From an archaeon (GTDB lineage Archaea > Iainarchaeota > Iainarchaeia > Iainarchaeales > CSSED10-239): a stretch of 32,000 bases of DNA. A program made the translations under genes and the position numbers. The stretch covers positions 1 through 32,000 of the forward strand of contig DAOOUC010000005.1 in assembly GCA_035390665.1 (NCBI GenBank), read 5' to 3'. Of this stretch, positions 23,712 to 32,000 are shown in pieces. Under the pieces are notes generated by a model. That model was not told where the DNA came from, made no database searches, and worked only from the letters and a program-made list of their open reading frames with translations. The first letter of the stretch is position 1. Every line of letters starts with the position of its first letter.

Positions 23712-24401
23712 ATGAGTTTAAAGATTAAGTATTTGGGGCATTCTTCTTTTATAATTAACATGAATGGAACAAATATCTTAACTGATCCTTATTTTGATAA
23801 TAAACAAGTTTGTAGTTATAATAGACTTATTGATTGTGCACTTACAATAGATAAGCTTCCACCAATTGATTCTATTTTAATTAGTCACGAACATTTTGAT
23901 GCATTTGATATTGATAACACTAACCTTTTAGTTAAGAAAAATAAGCCAAAAATAATTGCACATCAAAGTGTTTTAAATAAGATTGATGGCTTTGATTCTC
24001 TTAAGGTGCCAATTGATGAATATGAGAAAAAAACAATAAATGATGTTTGTTACTATGCACACCCTGCACACCATCCAACTTCTTTTTATCCATTAAGTTA
24101 TGTTGTTTCAGATAAAAAAAATAGTGTTTATTTTGCAGGAGATACATTCATGACTAGAGAACACGAAAACATTAAGGCAGATGTTGCAATCTTACCAATC
24201 GGCGGAAAAACAACTTTAGACTTAATTAGTGCTGTTAGTGTTGCAAAAAAAATTAGACCAAAATATTTAATTCCAATGCACTACAATACCTTTGATCATA
24301 TTAAACAAAATCCACTTGCTTTAAAAGAAAAATTTGAAGGCACAAGATATACTATTAAACCTGTAATTCTTGCACCTGGAAAAGAATGGAACTATAAGTA
24401 A
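23712..24401 (+). CDS. Metallo-beta-lactamase-fold hydrolase (UPF0173-like)
   Basis: MSLKIKYLGHSSFII start, ISHEHFDAFD (HxHxD variant), YFAGDT and IPMHYNTF. The ORF-track start at 23580 adds a Phe/Ile/Cys-rich 44-aa extension that overlaps the divergent gene, so I prefer the ATG at 23712. Confidence 0.75.
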   Translation: MSLKIKYLGHSSFIINMNGTNILTDPYFDNKQVCSYNRLIDCALTIDKLPPIDSILISHEHFDAFDIDNTNLLVKKNKPKIIAHQSVLNKIDGFDSLKVPIDEYEKKTINDVCYYAHPAHHPTSFYPLSYVVSDKKNSVYFAGDTFMTREHENIKADVAILPIGGKTTLDLISAVSVAKKIRPKYLIPMHYNTFDHIKQNPLALKEKFEGTRYTIKPVILAPGKEWNYK

Positions 24402-25250
24402 TTATCTTATTACTTTATCCAATTCATAGAGTGCTTGACCCATATTTCTTTCATTCTTAGTAATCGAAGAACTAATTAGATTTAAGTTTTCTTTTAATGC
24501 CACACGATTCTGTGTTTTCATAAAAGATAACAAACATCTGCTTATAATTCTAGAATGTTGCTCTATATATTCTGGATTTTTTCTAGAAATTAATATATTG
24601 TGTTGGCGTATTCCTGATTTAATTGAATAATCTATTATTTCTAGAATTTCTTTTAATTTATTATAATCTATTTTCTTAGAATTATATTTTTTCATTAAAT
24701 AGACTTTTATCTTGTCGTGTGCTTCACTTAAAGAAGTCATATTTTTGCCATTTATTAATCTTTCTTGACTATTTAAGAATTTGGAAATCTCTGCTCTTTC
24801 TTTTGCTAGTCTGGCATTATTTAATGCAACTTCGTTTCTTTTTAATAATTCGTTATGCTTTTTTTTATCTATTATTATTCCTTCTTTTGTTTTTAAGGTA
24901 TTTGTTATAGTATCATTCTCTCTTGCTTGCTTAGTTGCTTCGGTTCTAGCTTTTGTTCTATATTCTAACAATAAAGCGTCTTTATAGGTGTTTGTTGCCT
25001 TTGGCTGATTTAGTAAATGCTCTCTCTGTCTTTCTATTTGCGCAACTCTGTTCCTTTTTTGTTGTAAATCTCTTTTTTGCTTTTTATTTAATTGTTCGTA
25101 ATAATTTTTCCAATCTTCTTTATTTGGTAAAGTAACTGTTTCATCTGCAAAAGATAAAACAACTCTTTCGGAATTTTTTTTGCTTTTTTCTCTCATTTTT
25201 TCTAAAGTTTTTGGAGCAATTCTTTTTGCGGGTCTTTTTGCCATTGCCAT
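24402..25250 (-). CDS. Hypothetical lysine/arginine-rich helical protein (282 aa) with a basic N-terminal peptide
   Basis: Long ORF with three artefactual-looking antisense ORFs inside it. N-terminus MAMAKRPAKRIAPKTLEKMREKSKK. I did not recognise a family. Confidence 0.6.
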   Translation of the reverse strand: MAMAKRPAKRIAPKTLEKMREKSKKNSERVVLSFADETVTLPNKEDWKNYYEQLNKKQKRDLQQKRNRVAQIERQREHLLNQPKATNTYKDALLLEYRTKARTEATKQARENDTITNTLKTKEGIIIDKKKHNELLKRNEVALNNARLAKERAEISKFLNSQERLINGKNMTSLSEAHDKIKVYLMKKYNSKKIDYNKLKEILEIIDYSIKSGIRQHNILISRKNPEYIEQHSRIISRCLLSFMKTQNRVALKENLNLISSSITKNERNMGQALYELDKVIR

Positions 25251-25308
25251 TTTTTCACCAATTTTTAAATTAATCTATAAAGATTATAGAAATAAAGATT
25301 TATAAAGA

Positions 25309-26250
25309 TTAATTATAATCTTCTATCTCTATTTCTTCAAGTGTTTTTGCAATTTTTATATTTTTATTTTTCTTTTGTAATTGTTTTTCTCTTTCATCCA
25401 AATCTGTATATTTCCCTGACAGATGTGTAAGATATATTGTTTTTATTTTTGCTCTTTTTGCAAATATCGGAATTTCTTCAGCAACTGCATGTTTTACTAT
25501 TTTTGCTTTTGCTTTATCTTCTTGAAAGAAAGTGCTTTCGTGTATCAATATATCGGAATCCATAACTTCTTTTGGAACTTTCTTTAAAACTTCTGTATCA
25601 CATAAATAGGCTATTTTTTTTCCAATCTTTTTATATTTATAATCCATAACTTCTTCTGGTTTTATTGTTTTACCATTTAATTTTATTGACTTGCCTTTTT
25701 GAAGTGCAGAAAATAATGGCCCTTCTGGTATCTTTAATTTAAGTGCTTTTGCTTTATTGAATTTTCCAATCTTATCTTTTATTTTAAAGATATAGCCGTT
25801 TGCTTTTATGTTATGGTCTAATGGAGTTGTTTCAACAACAATTTCTGAATTTTCAAAAATTTTACCTGTACTAACTTCTTTAATATTTATTTTATACCCT
25901 AGTGGATGCTTATGATTTCTAACCAAAGTCAAATTGATTAATTCTTCTATGTCTTTTTTATACCCCTTTGGAACAAATATATTAAGTTCAGTTGTTCTAT
26001 TATTAAGTTTAAAACTAGAGAGAAGACCAAATAAACCAAAATAATGATCTCCATGCAAATGTGTTATAAAGATATTATTAACTCTCATTGCACTAAAATT
26101 AGACTTCATTATTTGTTGTTGTGTGTTTTCTGGGCAATCAAATAAATAGCCTTGGCCATTATAATTTATTAAAAGGCTTGTTAGATTTCTTAAAGATGTT
26201 GGTGCTGATGCACAGTTTCCTAAAAATACAATTTTTATTTTATTAGACAT
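25309..26250 (-). CDS. rnz: Ribonuclease Z (tRNA 3' endonuclease)
   Basis: IVFLGNCASAPTSLRNLTSLLI...YLFDCPENTQQQI...ITHLHGDHYFGL...HES...LTHLS. I prefer the start at MSNKIKIVFLG (26250) over the track start at 26283. Confidence 0.85.
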   Translation of the reverse strand: MSNKIKIVFLGNCASAPTSLRNLTSLLINYNGQGYLFDCPENTQQQIMKSNFSAMRVNNIFITHLHGDHYFGLFGLLSSFKLNNRTTELNIFVPKGYKKDIEELINLTLVRNHKHPLGYKINIKEVSTGKIFENSEIVVETTPLDHNIKANGYIFKIKDKIGKFNKAKALKLKIPEGPLFSALQKGKSIKLNGKTIKPEEVMDYKYKKIGKKIAYLCDTEVLKKVPKEVMDSDILIHESTFFQEDKAKAKIVKHAVAEEIPIFAKRAKIKTIYLTHLSGKYTDLDEREKQLQKKNKNIKIAKTLEEIEIEDYN

Positions 26251-26332
26251 AAATATTATGTACACAAATATGTTTTTAATCAAATTGGAACATATATTAT
26301 ATACTAAGTTCTAATTAAAGTGGGTTATTTTT

Positions 26333-28264
26333 ATGATTAAAAAAACAATTAAAAAAGAAATAAAAGAAAAAAAAATAGAAGCAAATACTGATGTTAAAGA
26401 GCTTATCTATAATGATACAAGCGAAATCGAAGTTCCAAAAAGAATGATAGATCAAGTAATTGGACAAGATTCTGCAATAAACCTTATAAAAAAAGTTGCT
26501 CAACAAAAAAGACACATAATGCTTATTGGTGCTCCAGGCACAGGTAAATCAATGATTGCTTCTGCTCTTGCAGAAATGCTTCCAACAAATAAACTAACAG
26601 ATATTTTAAGTTATCCAAATGCAGAAGATAGTCACACGCCAATAATTAAAGAAGTGCCAGCCGGAGATGGGAAAAAAATAATAGACGAGTCAAAACTAGA
26701 AGCCGCAAGACAAATGAGTGCAGGTAAAATTATTGGTTTTTTCTTACCAACATTATGGTTAATTATCTCTATTGTGTTTTGGAGACTAGGATGGGTTCCT
26801 GATGTTGTTTTTGCAGCAATGCTTTTACTTTCAGGATTTTTAATGGTTTCAACTGCTCTTAGTGTACAAATGATGAGTAAAGAGAAAGCATTAATTCCAA
26901 AGACAATTATTGATAACTCCAATAGAAAAGAAGTTCCATTCGTTGATGCAACGGGCGCTAAAGCCGGTGCACTTTTAGGAGATGTATTACACGATCCATT
27001 ACAGTCTGGAGGACTTGGAACTCCGCCACATTATAGAGTTGTTCCTGGTATGATACACAAAGCCAACGGCGGAGTGTTATTTATTGATGAAATATCTGCA
27101 TTATCTCCAAAATCCCAACAAGACCTTTTAACAATATTACAAGAAAAGAAATTTAGTATTACTGGACAATCAGAAATGTCAAGTGGTGCAATGGTTAGAA
27201 CAACTCCTGCTCCTTGTGATTTTATATTAATTGCTGCGGGAAACTATAATGATCTTGAAAAGGTACATCCTGCTATTAGATCAAGGATTAGAGGTTCAGG
27301 GTATGAATGCCATATGAATATTGATATGCCTGATACAGTAGAAAACAGAAACAAAATTATTCAATTTACTGCTCAAGAAATAGCAAAAGACAAGAAGATT
27401 CCACACTTTAGTAAAGAAGCAGTTGATGAAATAATATTTGAAGCAAGAAAAAAAGCCACAAGAAAAAATAGCCTTACACTTAAATTAAGAGAGCTTGGTG
27501 GGCTTATTAGAGCTGCTGGAGACTTAGCAATTGAAGAAAATAAAAAGATAGTAACAAGAGATATTGTTTTAAGAGCAAAAACTCCGGCTAAAACTTTAGA
27601 AGAACAAATGGTCAACAAGATGATGATTGTTAAGAAAGACTATGATATCTTTAAAACAACAGGGACTGCTGTTGGTAGAGTTAATGGCCTTGCTGTCATG
27701 AACGAGAGCGACGCTGGACTATTATTACCAATTGAATGTGAAATAACTCCTGCATCATCTAAAAATGAAGGCAAAATTATTGCTACAGGACAACTTGGAA
27801 GTATTGCAAAAGAATCTGTTGAGAATGTTTCTGCAATAATTAAGAAATTAACTGGAAAAGACATTTCCAATTACGATATACATGTACAATTTCTTCAAAC
27901 ATACAATGTTGAGGGCGATTCTGCCTCAATATCAATTGCAACAGCAATTATTTCTGTTCTAGAAGACATACCAATTAAGCAAGATATAGCAATGACAGGT
28001 TCTCTTTCAATTAGAGGAGAAGTATTACCAATTGGTGGAGTTACAGCTAAAGTCAATGCAGCAAAAAGAGCAAAAATTAAAAAAGTAATAATTCCTGAAT
28101 CTAATAAAGAAGATTTGGTTTTAGCTCCTGAGGTTGCAAAAGACTTAGAAATCATTCCAGTAAAAACTATCTGGGAAGTAATACTTCACGCTTTCAAAGA
28201 CACAACAAAAAAAGAAAATCTAATACAAAGAATAAATAAGACTTATGCTTTAAGATTAGCATAA
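26333..28264 (+). CDS. lonB: Archaeal membrane-bound Lon protease (LonB)
   Basis: Walker A GAPGTGKS and Walker B VLFIDEI. Two TM helices are inserted into the AAA+ domain ([34 protein letters not shown]). The protease domain has [15 protein letters not shown] (Ser) and [13 protein letters not shown] (Lys). Confidence 0.92.
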   Translation: MIKKTIKKEIKEKKIEANTDVKELIYNDTSEIEVPKRMIDQVIGQDSAINLIKKVAQQKRHIMLIGAPGTGKSMIASALAEMLPTNKLTDILSYPNAEDSHTPIIKEVPAGDGKKIIDESKLEAARQMSAGKIIGFFLPTLWLIISIVFWRLGWVPDVVFAAMLLLSGFLMVSTALSVQMMSKEKALIPKTIIDNSNRKEVPFVDATGAKAGALLGDVLHDPLQSGGLGTPPHYRVVPGMIHKANGGVLFIDEISALSPKSQQDLLTILQEKKFSITGQSEMSSGAMVRTTPAPCDFILIAAGNYNDLEKVHPAIRSRIRGSGYECHMNIDMPDTVENRNKIIQFTAQEIAKDKKIPHFSKEAVDEIIFEARKKATRKNSLTLKLRELGGLIRAAGDLAIEENKKIVTRDIVLRAKTPAKTLEEQMVNKMMIVKKDYDIFKTTGTAVGRVNGLAVMNESDAGLLLPIECEITPASSKNEGKIIATGQLGSIAKESVENVSAIIKKLTGKDISNYDIHVQFLQTYNVEGDSASISIATAIISVLEDIPIKQDIAMTGSLSIRGEVLPIGGVTAKVNAAKRAKIKKVIIPESNKEDLVLAPEVAKDLEIIPVKTIWEVILHAFKDTTKKENLIQRINKTYALRLA

Positions 28265-28277
28265 GTTATTTATTTAA

Positions 28278-28781
28278 TTATTTTAAAATGTGTCTTAGTT
28301 TTGGTCTAACAATAACTTTGTCTCTTGTACCACTGCTTTCTAATTTGTATTTTCTGCCATTTGAAATAATTTGATTTATAACTCTTGTCCCTTTTTCGCT
28401 AACCATCCCAAACTGGGTAAATCCTTGTTCTGCTAGATTATCGTATGCCTTTCTTATAAAAATTTTTCCATGACCGTTCTTTTGGTATTCTTTTTTTATG
28501 GCAATCATACTAACTGTAAACTCATTTTTCTCAAATGGGGCCTTGTAACCATAAATAACACCTATTGGCTTTTTATCTAAATAATAAAAAAAAATCTGAT
28601 TTTTACCTTTCGCATTTTTCATAAAATATTCATAGACATCATTCGGTTTTAATATTAACCCAAATATTCCTGAAGAATTTTGTATATCTATTAGGGTTTT
28701 AAGAAAATTTGGATGTTTAATTACAAATTGATGAAATTCATTTTTGTTTTTGAAATTAAAACGTTTTAATGATTCCATCAA
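28278..28781 (-). CDS. GNAT-family N-acetyltransferase
   Basis: Motif A MIAIKKEYQKNGHGKIFIRKAYDNLAEQGF (Q/R-x-x-G-x-G/A). Length 167 aa. It starts 10 nt downstream of PCNA on the same strand. Confidence 0.65.
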   Translation of the reverse strand: MMESLKRFNFKNKNEFHQFVIKHPNFLKTLIDIQNSSGIFGLILKPNDVYEYFMKNAKGKNQIFFYYLDKKPIGVIYGYKAPFEKNEFTVSMIAIKKEYQKNGHGKIFIRKAYDNLAEQGFTQFGMVSEKGTRVINQIISNGRKYKLESSGTRDKVIVRPKLRHILK

Positions 28782-28791
28782 GTTGCCTCAT

Positions 28792-29511
28792 TTATATTAA
28801 CATAGAACTTAAATAAAACTTAATTGTACATTCTTTACTTAGATTATATTCTAAATAGATTGGAATGTCTTCTCCTAGTTTTATTATCAAATCTTTGTCG
28901 TTGTCCATTGCTTTTGTAATATTGTTTAAAAATGCTAAAGAATACTTTACTGCAAAATTTTTCTTAGATTTTACTTTTATTTCTGAAAGTGTTGTTTTAA
29001 TGTTTCCTTTGTCTCCATTTGCTTCTATTATTAGTCTGCTATCTTGTATTTTAAAAACAAGGGTTGTTGCAACAAGACTTACATCTTTTAGAATTTCTTT
29101 TAATAGCCCTGCATTTATATTAAAATCAACCTCGTATTTTAATTCAGGAAGATTAATATCTTGCTCTGAAAGATCCATAAACTGTAAATGAAACTTTCTT
29201 TCAAGTCTTCCAGATAATAACACATCTATTCCTTGATCTTTTAAGTTTAAGGACAATTTGTCTCCTTCAAAACTTCTAGAAATCATATTTTTTAGTTCTT
29301 GAATATTTAGACCAACAAGAGTTGGTTCTATTGCATACCCACTATCAAATGCTTTCTTAGAAATATAGAAATCAACTAAAAGTATTTGTGTCTTGTCAAT
29401 AGCTTTAATGTATATTCCATCATCCTTAAATCTAACATTTGTTTCAGGGATGATTGGTGTTATTGTTTCTAAACATTTTTTAAATAAAGACACATTTTTT
29501 GTTGATATCAT
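28792..29511 (-). CDS. pcn: DNA polymerase sliding clamp (PCNA)
   Basis: Length 239 aa. N-terminal pattern FKKCLETITPIIPETNVRFKDDGIYIKAIDKTQILLVDFYISKKAFDSGY...VGLNIQELKNMISR, and a duplicated domain layout typical of archaeal PCNA. Confidence 0.85.
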   Translation of the reverse strand: MISTKNVSLFKKCLETITPIIPETNVRFKDDGIYIKAIDKTQILLVDFYISKKAFDSGYAIEPTLVGLNIQELKNMISRSFEGDKLSLNLKDQGIDVLLSGRLERKFHLQFMDLSEQDINLPELKYEVDFNINAGLLKEILKDVSLVATTLVFKIQDSRLIIEANGDKGNIKTTLSEIKVKSKKNFAVKYSLAFLNNITKAMDNDKDLIIKLGEDIPIYLEYNLSKECTIKFYLSSMLI

Positions 29512-29661
29512 AATTATTCACATTTTTTAATTAAACAAATAAAATAAAACAACAAATGATTTAAAAAGCTAATTACTGATGTTTTGAAATAATATATTTA
29601 AAAGCTCTATTGTCTTAGATATTATTGTTTCGACAAACAATTTTTTAATTTGTGATAAAAT

Positions 29662-30081
29662 ATGCCACATAAGATTAGTCTATTAGACTTAGTTACTTCT
29701 GAAATCGTTGGCCCTTCTAGTTCTCATACTGCCGGCGCCATGAGAATAGGACTTAATGTTTATAAGAAAGTTAAAGATATTTCTAAAGTTAAAATAATAC
29801 TCTATAATTCTTTAGCAGACACAGGAGATGCACACATGACTAAAAGCGCACTTGTTGCTGGACTTTTGGGATTTAAAGAAACAGACCCGAGAATTCCATT
29901 CTCTTTTGAATATGCTGAAAATTTAGGAATAAAGATTGAATGGCACCACAACATTAATGAAAAATATCACCCAAATACCGTTTTTTTTGCTGTAACTGAT
30001 AAAAATCAGAAAATAAAATACTTTAGTGGAACTTCTATTGGTGGAGGAAGAATAAAATTCAAAGAGGTTGCTTCATTATGA
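29662..30081 (+). CDS. sdaAB: L-serine ammonia-lyase (Fe-S type), beta subunit, short form
   Basis: IVGPSSSHTAGAMRIG signature near the N-terminus. GTGAT SD 5 nt upstream. Overlaps the alpha-subunit gene by 4 nt (ATGA). Only 139 aa. Confidence 0.8.
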   Translation: MPHKISLLDLVTSEIVGPSSSHTAGAMRIGLNVYKKVKDISKVKIILYNSLADTGDAHMTKSALVAGLLGFKETDPRIPFSFEYAENLGIKIEWHHNINEKYHPNTVFFAVTDKNQKIKYFSGTSIGGGRIKFKEVASL

Positions 30082-31031
30082 CTGAATATATCTTAAGAGA
30101 CTTTGTAACAAAGGCAAAAACACAAAAAACTACAATTGCTGAAATTGTTAAACAATATGAAAAAGAAAACTTCAAAAGAACAGATAAAGAGATGGTTAAT
30201 AAATTAAATAATTCAATTAAAACATTTTATACAGGAGTTAATACTGGACTAAAAGGAAACTACAAATTCAAGAACCTTATGTTCTCCTCAGACTCAATGA
30301 AACTTAATAATAAAAAAACAAGAATCTTAGGAAATACCTTACATAAGGCTTGCGTATATGCCTTAGCAATAACAGAAAATAATCTTAATATGGGAACAGT
30401 TATTGCTTGCCCAACTGCAGGTTCATCAGGTATTGTGCCAGGGTGTATCTTGGCTGTTGCTCAAGATTATGGCTGTTCAGAAAAAGATATACAAAATGCT
30501 TTACTTACAGCTTCAGCAATTGAACTTTCAATAATAAAGAACGCATCAATCTCTGGAGCTGCTCACGGTTGTCAAGGAGAGTGCGGCTCAGCAACTGCAA
30601 TGGCTGCTGGAGCTATTATTCATCTTCTTTACAAAGATAACACAAATCCTGAAATGGTAGAAAATGCTGCAGCTCTTGCCTTAAAAAATATGCTTGGGCT
30701 TGTTTGTGATCCTGTGGCCGGAGTTGTTTCAGTTCCATGTAGAAAAAGAAATGCAACAAGTATTGGTATAGCTTTTGTTGCTGCACAAATGGCTCTTTCT
30801 GGAATTAAGTCTTATATTCCATTTGATGAAGTTGCTAGTGCAATGGATGAAATTGGAAGAAGAATGGACGATGAACTTAAAGAAACTGCTAGAGGCGGGC
30901 TTGCAAAAACAAAGACTGGAAAGAAATGGGAGACTAAAAAAGCAAAACTATTAGAAGAAGCAGAAAAGAATAAACAAAGCTTTGCAGATATTTTAAAGTC
31001 CAAAAAAGAAGCAGATAAAACAATTCAATAA
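30078..31031 (+). CDS. sdaAA: L-serine ammonia-lyase (Fe-S type), alpha subunit
   Basis: ACPTAGSSGIVPG, HGCQGECGSATAMAA, GLVCDPVAG and VPCRKRNA (cluster-ligand cysteines), then a Lys/Glu-rich C-terminal extension of about 45 aa. Confidence 0.85.
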   Translation: MTEYILRDFVTKAKTQKTTIAEIVKQYEKENFKRTDKEMVNKLNNSIKTFYTGVNTGLKGNYKFKNLMFSSDSMKLNNKKTRILGNTLHKACVYALAITENNLNMGTVIACPTAGSSGIVPGCILAVAQDYGCSEKDIQNALLTASAIELSIIKNASISGAAHGCQGECGSATAMAAGAIIHLLYKDNTNPEMVENAAALALKNMLGLVCDPVAGVVSVPCRKRNATSIGIAFVAAQMALSGIKSYIPFDEVASAMDEIGRRMDDELKETARGGLAKTKTGKKWETKKAKLLEEAEKNKQSFADILKSKKEADKTIQ

Positions 31032-31066
31032 ATTGTATTTTAATACTTATCTCTAATATATTATAT

Positions 31067-32000
31067 TATGAAGAGCTTTTTTGATAAATATACTCCTAAA
31101 TCTCTTGATGAAATTGTTGGAAATAAAAAAGCAATTGAAGAGATTAAAGAATGGAGTAAAGAACATAAAAAACCTTTATTTATTTATGGCTCTCCTGGTA
31201 TTGGTAAAACTTTAACCGCTAATCTCTTAGCTAAAGAGCTTGGTTGGGCGATATTAAATACAGATGCATCTGACTTAAGAGACAAAGATGCTATAAAAAG
31301 CTTGTTTAGTGTGGCTTGTACAAGTAATACTCTTTTTTCTAAGACTAGACTTATTATTGTTGATGAAATTGATTCTATTGCAGACAAAAGAGGAGGAGAA
31401 GACTATGGTTTCTTTTCTGAGTTTGAAAAGATTATTGAAAAATCAATTCAACCAATTGTCTTTATTGCTAACGACCCTTATGAAAATAAAAAAATTAGGC
31501 CTTTGTTTGAGAAATGTCAACAAGTTAAGTTTGATCTTCCTTACAAGCAATCAATATTAAAATTTGCAAAAGATATTTGTGAGAAAGAAGGAATTGAATA
31601 CGATGTTGTTTCTCTAAACGCAATTGTTGAAAACTGTGCTAACGATATTAGAGCATTAATGATTGATATCTATACTCTTTCTTTTGATAAAAAAATAACT
31701 TTAGAAGATACAGAATCACTTGGAGATAGAAAGAAAAACGAAGATGTGTTTAAGGGATTACAAAAAATATTCTATCCTAAAGATTTCTATGAAACAAGAA
31801 ATGTTATTGATACTCTTGGGATTGATTGGGATCTTTTATTTGCATGGATTGAAGAAAATACCCCTAGACAATATAGAAACCCTAATAATCTTTCAAGAGC
31901 TTTTGAAAACTTAAGTAAAGCTGATATTAGTAATGCAAGAATTAGAGGAAATAACTGGGTAATGCTTAAATATGTTTTTGATTATTTAACTGTTGGTGTT
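31067..32000 (+). CDS. rfcL: Replication factor C large subunit (partial at window end), with an apparent +1 frameshift in a T7 run at codons 4-6
   Basis: The frame of 31083 onward is open and reads FFDKYTPKSLDEIVGNKKAIEEIKEW...GSPGIGKT (Walker A)...LIIVDEID (Walker B)...FIANDPY...NDIRALM. The only upstream ATG (31067) is in another frame and runs ATG AAG AGC TTT TTT TGA. The ORF track did not report this gene. Confidence 0.8.
31076..31082 (+). repeat. T7 homopolymer at the frame discontinuity of rfcL
   Basis: Seven consecutive T (five at the end of line 31021 plus two at the start of line 31081), counted directly from the sequence. Confidence 0.9.

Noticed and set aside
26315-26515. 66-aa minus-strand ORF overlapping the lonB start
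   Set aside because: It is antisense to the Lys-rich N-terminus of LonB, and its poly-Phe translation ([10 protein letters not shown]) is a mirror artefact.
26632-28155. Four minus-strand ORFs inside lonB (26632-26922, 27373-27618, 27640-27870, 27895-28155)
   Set aside because: All are antisense to a gene with unambiguous LonB motifs, and none shows motifs of its own.
29555-29590. ATGAT / CTGATG / TGA elements in the PCNA-sdaAB intergenic region, considered as a C/D-box sRNA
   Set aside because: There is no proper RUGAUGA C box paired with a terminal CUGA D box at the correct spacing, and no terminal stem. The elements are probably chance matches in AT-rich promoter DNA.
31184-31914. ORFs 31184-31387 (-), 31309-31560 (+) and 31720-31914 (+)
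   Set aside because: They lie within, but out of frame with or antisense to, the long open RFC-large frame that carries Walker A and B motifs. Their translations are Leu-rich and low in complexity.
1-32000. Window-wide look for rRNA, tRNA, CRISPR arrays, IS elements or transposases, integrases, toxin-antitoxin pairs and known defence genes
   Set aside because: I found none. Every intergenic gap is 225 nt or shorter and AT-rich with no structured-RNA signature. No transposase or integrase motifs and no regularly spaced repeats were seen.

Overview
Strongly AT-rich, very gene-dense archaeal chromosome segment; G+C looks like roughly 30% by eye and was not computed. I called about 39 protein genes. 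I found no rRNA, tRNA, CRISPR array or IS element. Many neighbouring genes have overlapping or near-abutting stop and start codons. The backbone is archaeal housekeeping: ribosomal proteins S8e, L1, P0 and P1; aIF5A; PheRS alpha and beta; enolase; RNase Z; membrane-bound LonB; PCNA; RFC large subunit; Hef helicase and nuclease; an Sm-like protein; and Fe-S L-serine dehydratase. The small protein sizes, truncated P0 stalk protein, split Hef and many lineage-specific lysine-rich ORFs suggest a reduced-genome (DPANN-like) archaeon, but this is inference only. The most interesting candidates are as follows. (1) A cell-surface module at 80-5951: two type IV pilin-like proteins fused to CHB_HEX_C-like domains, a 976-aa Cys-bracketed repeat surface protein ending in a TGF + TM + RRK sorting-signal-like tail, and a minimal archaeosortase-family gene co-transcribed with rps8e. 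(2) A tightly coupled NYN / DUF4388-like / Roadblock-LC7 / MinD operon at 16082-18323. (3) An apparent +1 frameshift in a T7 run within the first codons of the RFC large-subunit gene (31076-31082). (4) Hef split exactly at its helicase/nuclease linker. All family assignments come from reading motifs by eye; no database search was run.
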